64,000 bases of DNA, taken from Ginglymostoma cirratum. Lineage: Eukaryota. The translations under genes and the position numbers were made by a program. Shown here piece by piece: positions 61,545 through 64,000 of the stretch. How positions within the stretch are numbered: the first letter of the stretch is position 1; each line of letters starts with the position of its first letter. The notes under the pieces were generated by a model. That model made no database searches and was not told the origin of the DNA. It saw only the letters and a program-made list of their open reading frames with translations. The stretch is from NCBI GenBank assembly GCA_024137785.1, contig JAHRHZ010000070.1:12964570-13028569 (forward strand). The letters run 5' to 3'.

Positions 61545-63795
61545 ATGTAGTCAAAGAAAGGAAACATTAAAATTTGTAACTTGGAATGTTAGAACACTCC
61601 TGCACGATCTCAAAAATGAACATCCGGAAAGAACAGCAACAGTACCAAGTGAACTACCAAGACTCCAAATGGACATTACTGCCCACAGAGAGACCTGCAG
61701 CTCAGGGGAGGGCCAACTGAAGGAACAAGTCGGCAAATAAAACTTCGAGAGAAAGGTGAGAATGACATTGACCTTTGTAATAGTTTTGCCATCCAGGATA
61801 GGATCTTGGATACACTTCCAGAGTTACCAAATAGTACAAATGAAACATTGAGGACACTTATAGCCAAACTCTTGACTGAGATCAAGATGCTAAGCAAAAG
61901 CTCTGTTCTAACCTTCAAGAAGATCCTTTGGAGGGCTTTGATACCAGGATTGGCCTTGACTTTGATTCTGGAGAGGAACTATATGTGGAAAGCTTATGCA
62001 AATGGTGTCCTCTTGTCGTCAAAGCGTGCTCAACATGGCCTCATTATCTCAAAAAACTGCAGATGCTGGAAGTCTGGGTGATTGCTTTGCCGAACACCTA
62101 CGTTCCGTGTGCAAAAATGACCCTGAACTTCCGGCTGCCTGTCACTTTAACACACCAGCCAACATATTCTCTGGCCAATATCTCTGTCTTAGGCTTAGTG
62201 CAGTGCTCCAGTGAAGCTCAACACAAGCTGGAAGAATAGCACCTCATTTTCCGCTTGGGACCCTGCAGCCTTCTGGAGTCAATAATAAATTCAATAACTT
62301 TAGAGCTTGAGCACCTTCTCCCATGTCCCTATCCAGTCCTTGACATCATATAGGCTGCTACCACAAACAACCCATTATCAGCCACAATTGGGCCCCATTA
62401 ACAGCTATTCATTCTCCCAGCCTGACATTTACCACTTCCTTTGTCTGCCCAACTATTTCTCTCTCTCTCCTTGGGCTCCTTCACTATCTATTGTTTACTC
62501 CTTCTCCCTCACCCCACCCCATCTTTAGCATATATACAAAGCTTTATCCAGTCACAATTGGTCCTGAAGAAGGGTCACACTGGGCCTGAAACATTAATTC
62601 TGCTTTCTCTCTACAGATGGAGACAGACCTACTGTGTTTTTTCCAGCAAATTTTTTTTGTTGTTTCTCATTATAACAAACAGAAGGATTAACACAAAACC
62701 CAATGGAGGCACTTAGATCAAAGCACTGGCACGTCCTGGATTCTGTCTTTGTTGGAATCCAACATCTAAATGATTTCTGGGTCACTCGATTCATTTAAAG
62801 GCCTGAAGTCTACTCAACAGGTCTTCAATAGTGAACATTTACCTAAAACAAAGGCTCAAGCGAAGATCAGAATTTCAAAAGCAACTCAATCAATCTGGAA
62901 AATATTTGTATGTCCAAATCAAGTTCAGGTCAATGGGATCAAATGAAGTCAGCTGTACTAGACCCCTGTTGCAGACTATTGGACTTCAAACATTGTCAGC
63001 AGGCCTGGATTGATGAAAATGATGCAGAAATATGCGACCACCTCACGTAAAAACAAATTGCTTTTGCTTCAATGCCTGGCAGACCAACTAAAGATTACAA
63101 GTTAAGAACACAACATTCCAAGAGCTCAAGACAGAAGGCCAAAGACAAAACCAAAACATAAACGACCAGTGGTGGGAAGTCAGTCTGATATATCTAAATG
63201 TATCCTGACCATCATGATTACCAAAGGTTTTTTCTTTCTGAAGCCACCAACACCATATAGAAGAACCAAAATCAAGTGGACAAGCACTTCTCTTCTTGAG
63301 AATGATTATCCTATTCAACAACTCTGAGAAGAACAGCTCCTCAAATGTGAATACCACAGTGGCAGCTGATATTCTTCAGGCTATGATACAAATAATGGGT
63401 GAACCACTGTCAATGGGACAGCTGCAAAGGCAATCAGACGAAAATACTGTCGTCTCGATAGCATTCCAGCTGAGGTCTTCAAAGCCGGTATCCTTTCTGC
63501 TCACATCAAGATACCATGCATGCATTCTATGGGTTTGGGATGTTCCTACACCCCAGCGATTGCTTACATCTACAAAAAAAAGAGATAAATCAGAACAGGG
63601 AAAGGACTGAGATCTTTCCCTGTTGTCCTTGATAAGAAAAATTGTGGCAAATGTTGTCCTGATCACCTATTGCATGTGGCTGAGAAATTCCTGCCGGGGC
63701 ACAATGTGACTTTGGGCCTTCCAGAGAAACCTCTGACGTAGTCTTCGTTACCAGGAAAACTCCAGGAAAATGTCAACAAAAAATCCCGCCATTGT
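61545..63795 (+). mobile_element. RTE-clade LINE remnant (endonuclease start and RT fragments), interrupted by a Penelope fragment
   Basis: KETLKFVTWNVRTL at about 61558 (RTE endonuclease start); DSIPAEVFK, YKKRDKS and ETSDVVFVTRK at 63450-63780. Confidence 0.75.
62070..62670 (+). mobile_element. Penelope 3' fragment (GIY-YIG C-terminal part, 3' UTR, hammerhead-like terminus)
   Basis: LGDCFAEHLRSVCKNDPELPAACHFN is homologous to the 54.9-kb ORF; ctgaagaagggtcacactgggcctgaaacatt near 62565. Confidence 0.85.
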
Positions 63796-64000
63796 TCAGA
63801 GAGGCGCCAATGGCCACTGTATTTTCATCTTGAATGTCCTGGGCTTCTAAGTGGGCTTCTAAGCATCTAAGCAATGCTTCTACGTTTGCATTGCAGCTAG
63901 TAAAATGAGGCCCACAAGATTCATTCCCAAATCACCCGACTGAGAAAAGGGATATGTTGTGATGTTCAGTCACAGAAAATCACACGCTCAATTTTCCAAT

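Noticed and set aside
43131-64000. Expected upstream kcnma1 exon ([20 protein letters not shown]..ANSQ)
   Set aside because: Not found by eye; candidate ORFs at 58346-58576 and 60354-60665 show no BK similarity, so the exon is presumably beyond the window.

Overview
Eukaryotic, repeat-rich, AT-rich DNA, almost certainly from an elasmobranch (shark): it carries HE1-type V-SINEs, Deu-type SINEs, and CR1, L2, RTE and Penelope elements. The whole window lies inside the 3' half of kcnma1 (BK/Slo1 Ca2+-activated K+ channel alpha subunit) on the minus strand. Seven exons were read by hand, all with GT-AG boundaries and compatible phases. In transcript order they are the GFTPP exon, a 28-codon Ca27-type alternative exon, the calcium-bowl exon, two further RCK2 exons, the long C-terminal exon with an internal donor, and the 29-nt NATRMTRMSQ micro-exon. 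The upstream exons and the VYR/DEC terminal exon were not found and probably lie outside the window. Main observations: (1) a 3.2-kb ORF1-less CR1-group EN+RT retroelement with a tRNA-like Pol III SINE head and almost no sense-strand T4 terminators, next to a short SINE with the same head and tail; (2) a young Penelope element (open RT + GIY-YIG frame, 8-bp TSD, minimal hammerhead ribozyme) plus many 97-200-nt hammerhead-bearing or fold-back mini-insertions; (3) a Ca27 exon that is a near copy of the preceding exon's 3' end. Most ORFs in the supplied track are spurious. All comparisons to known families are from memory; no searches were run.
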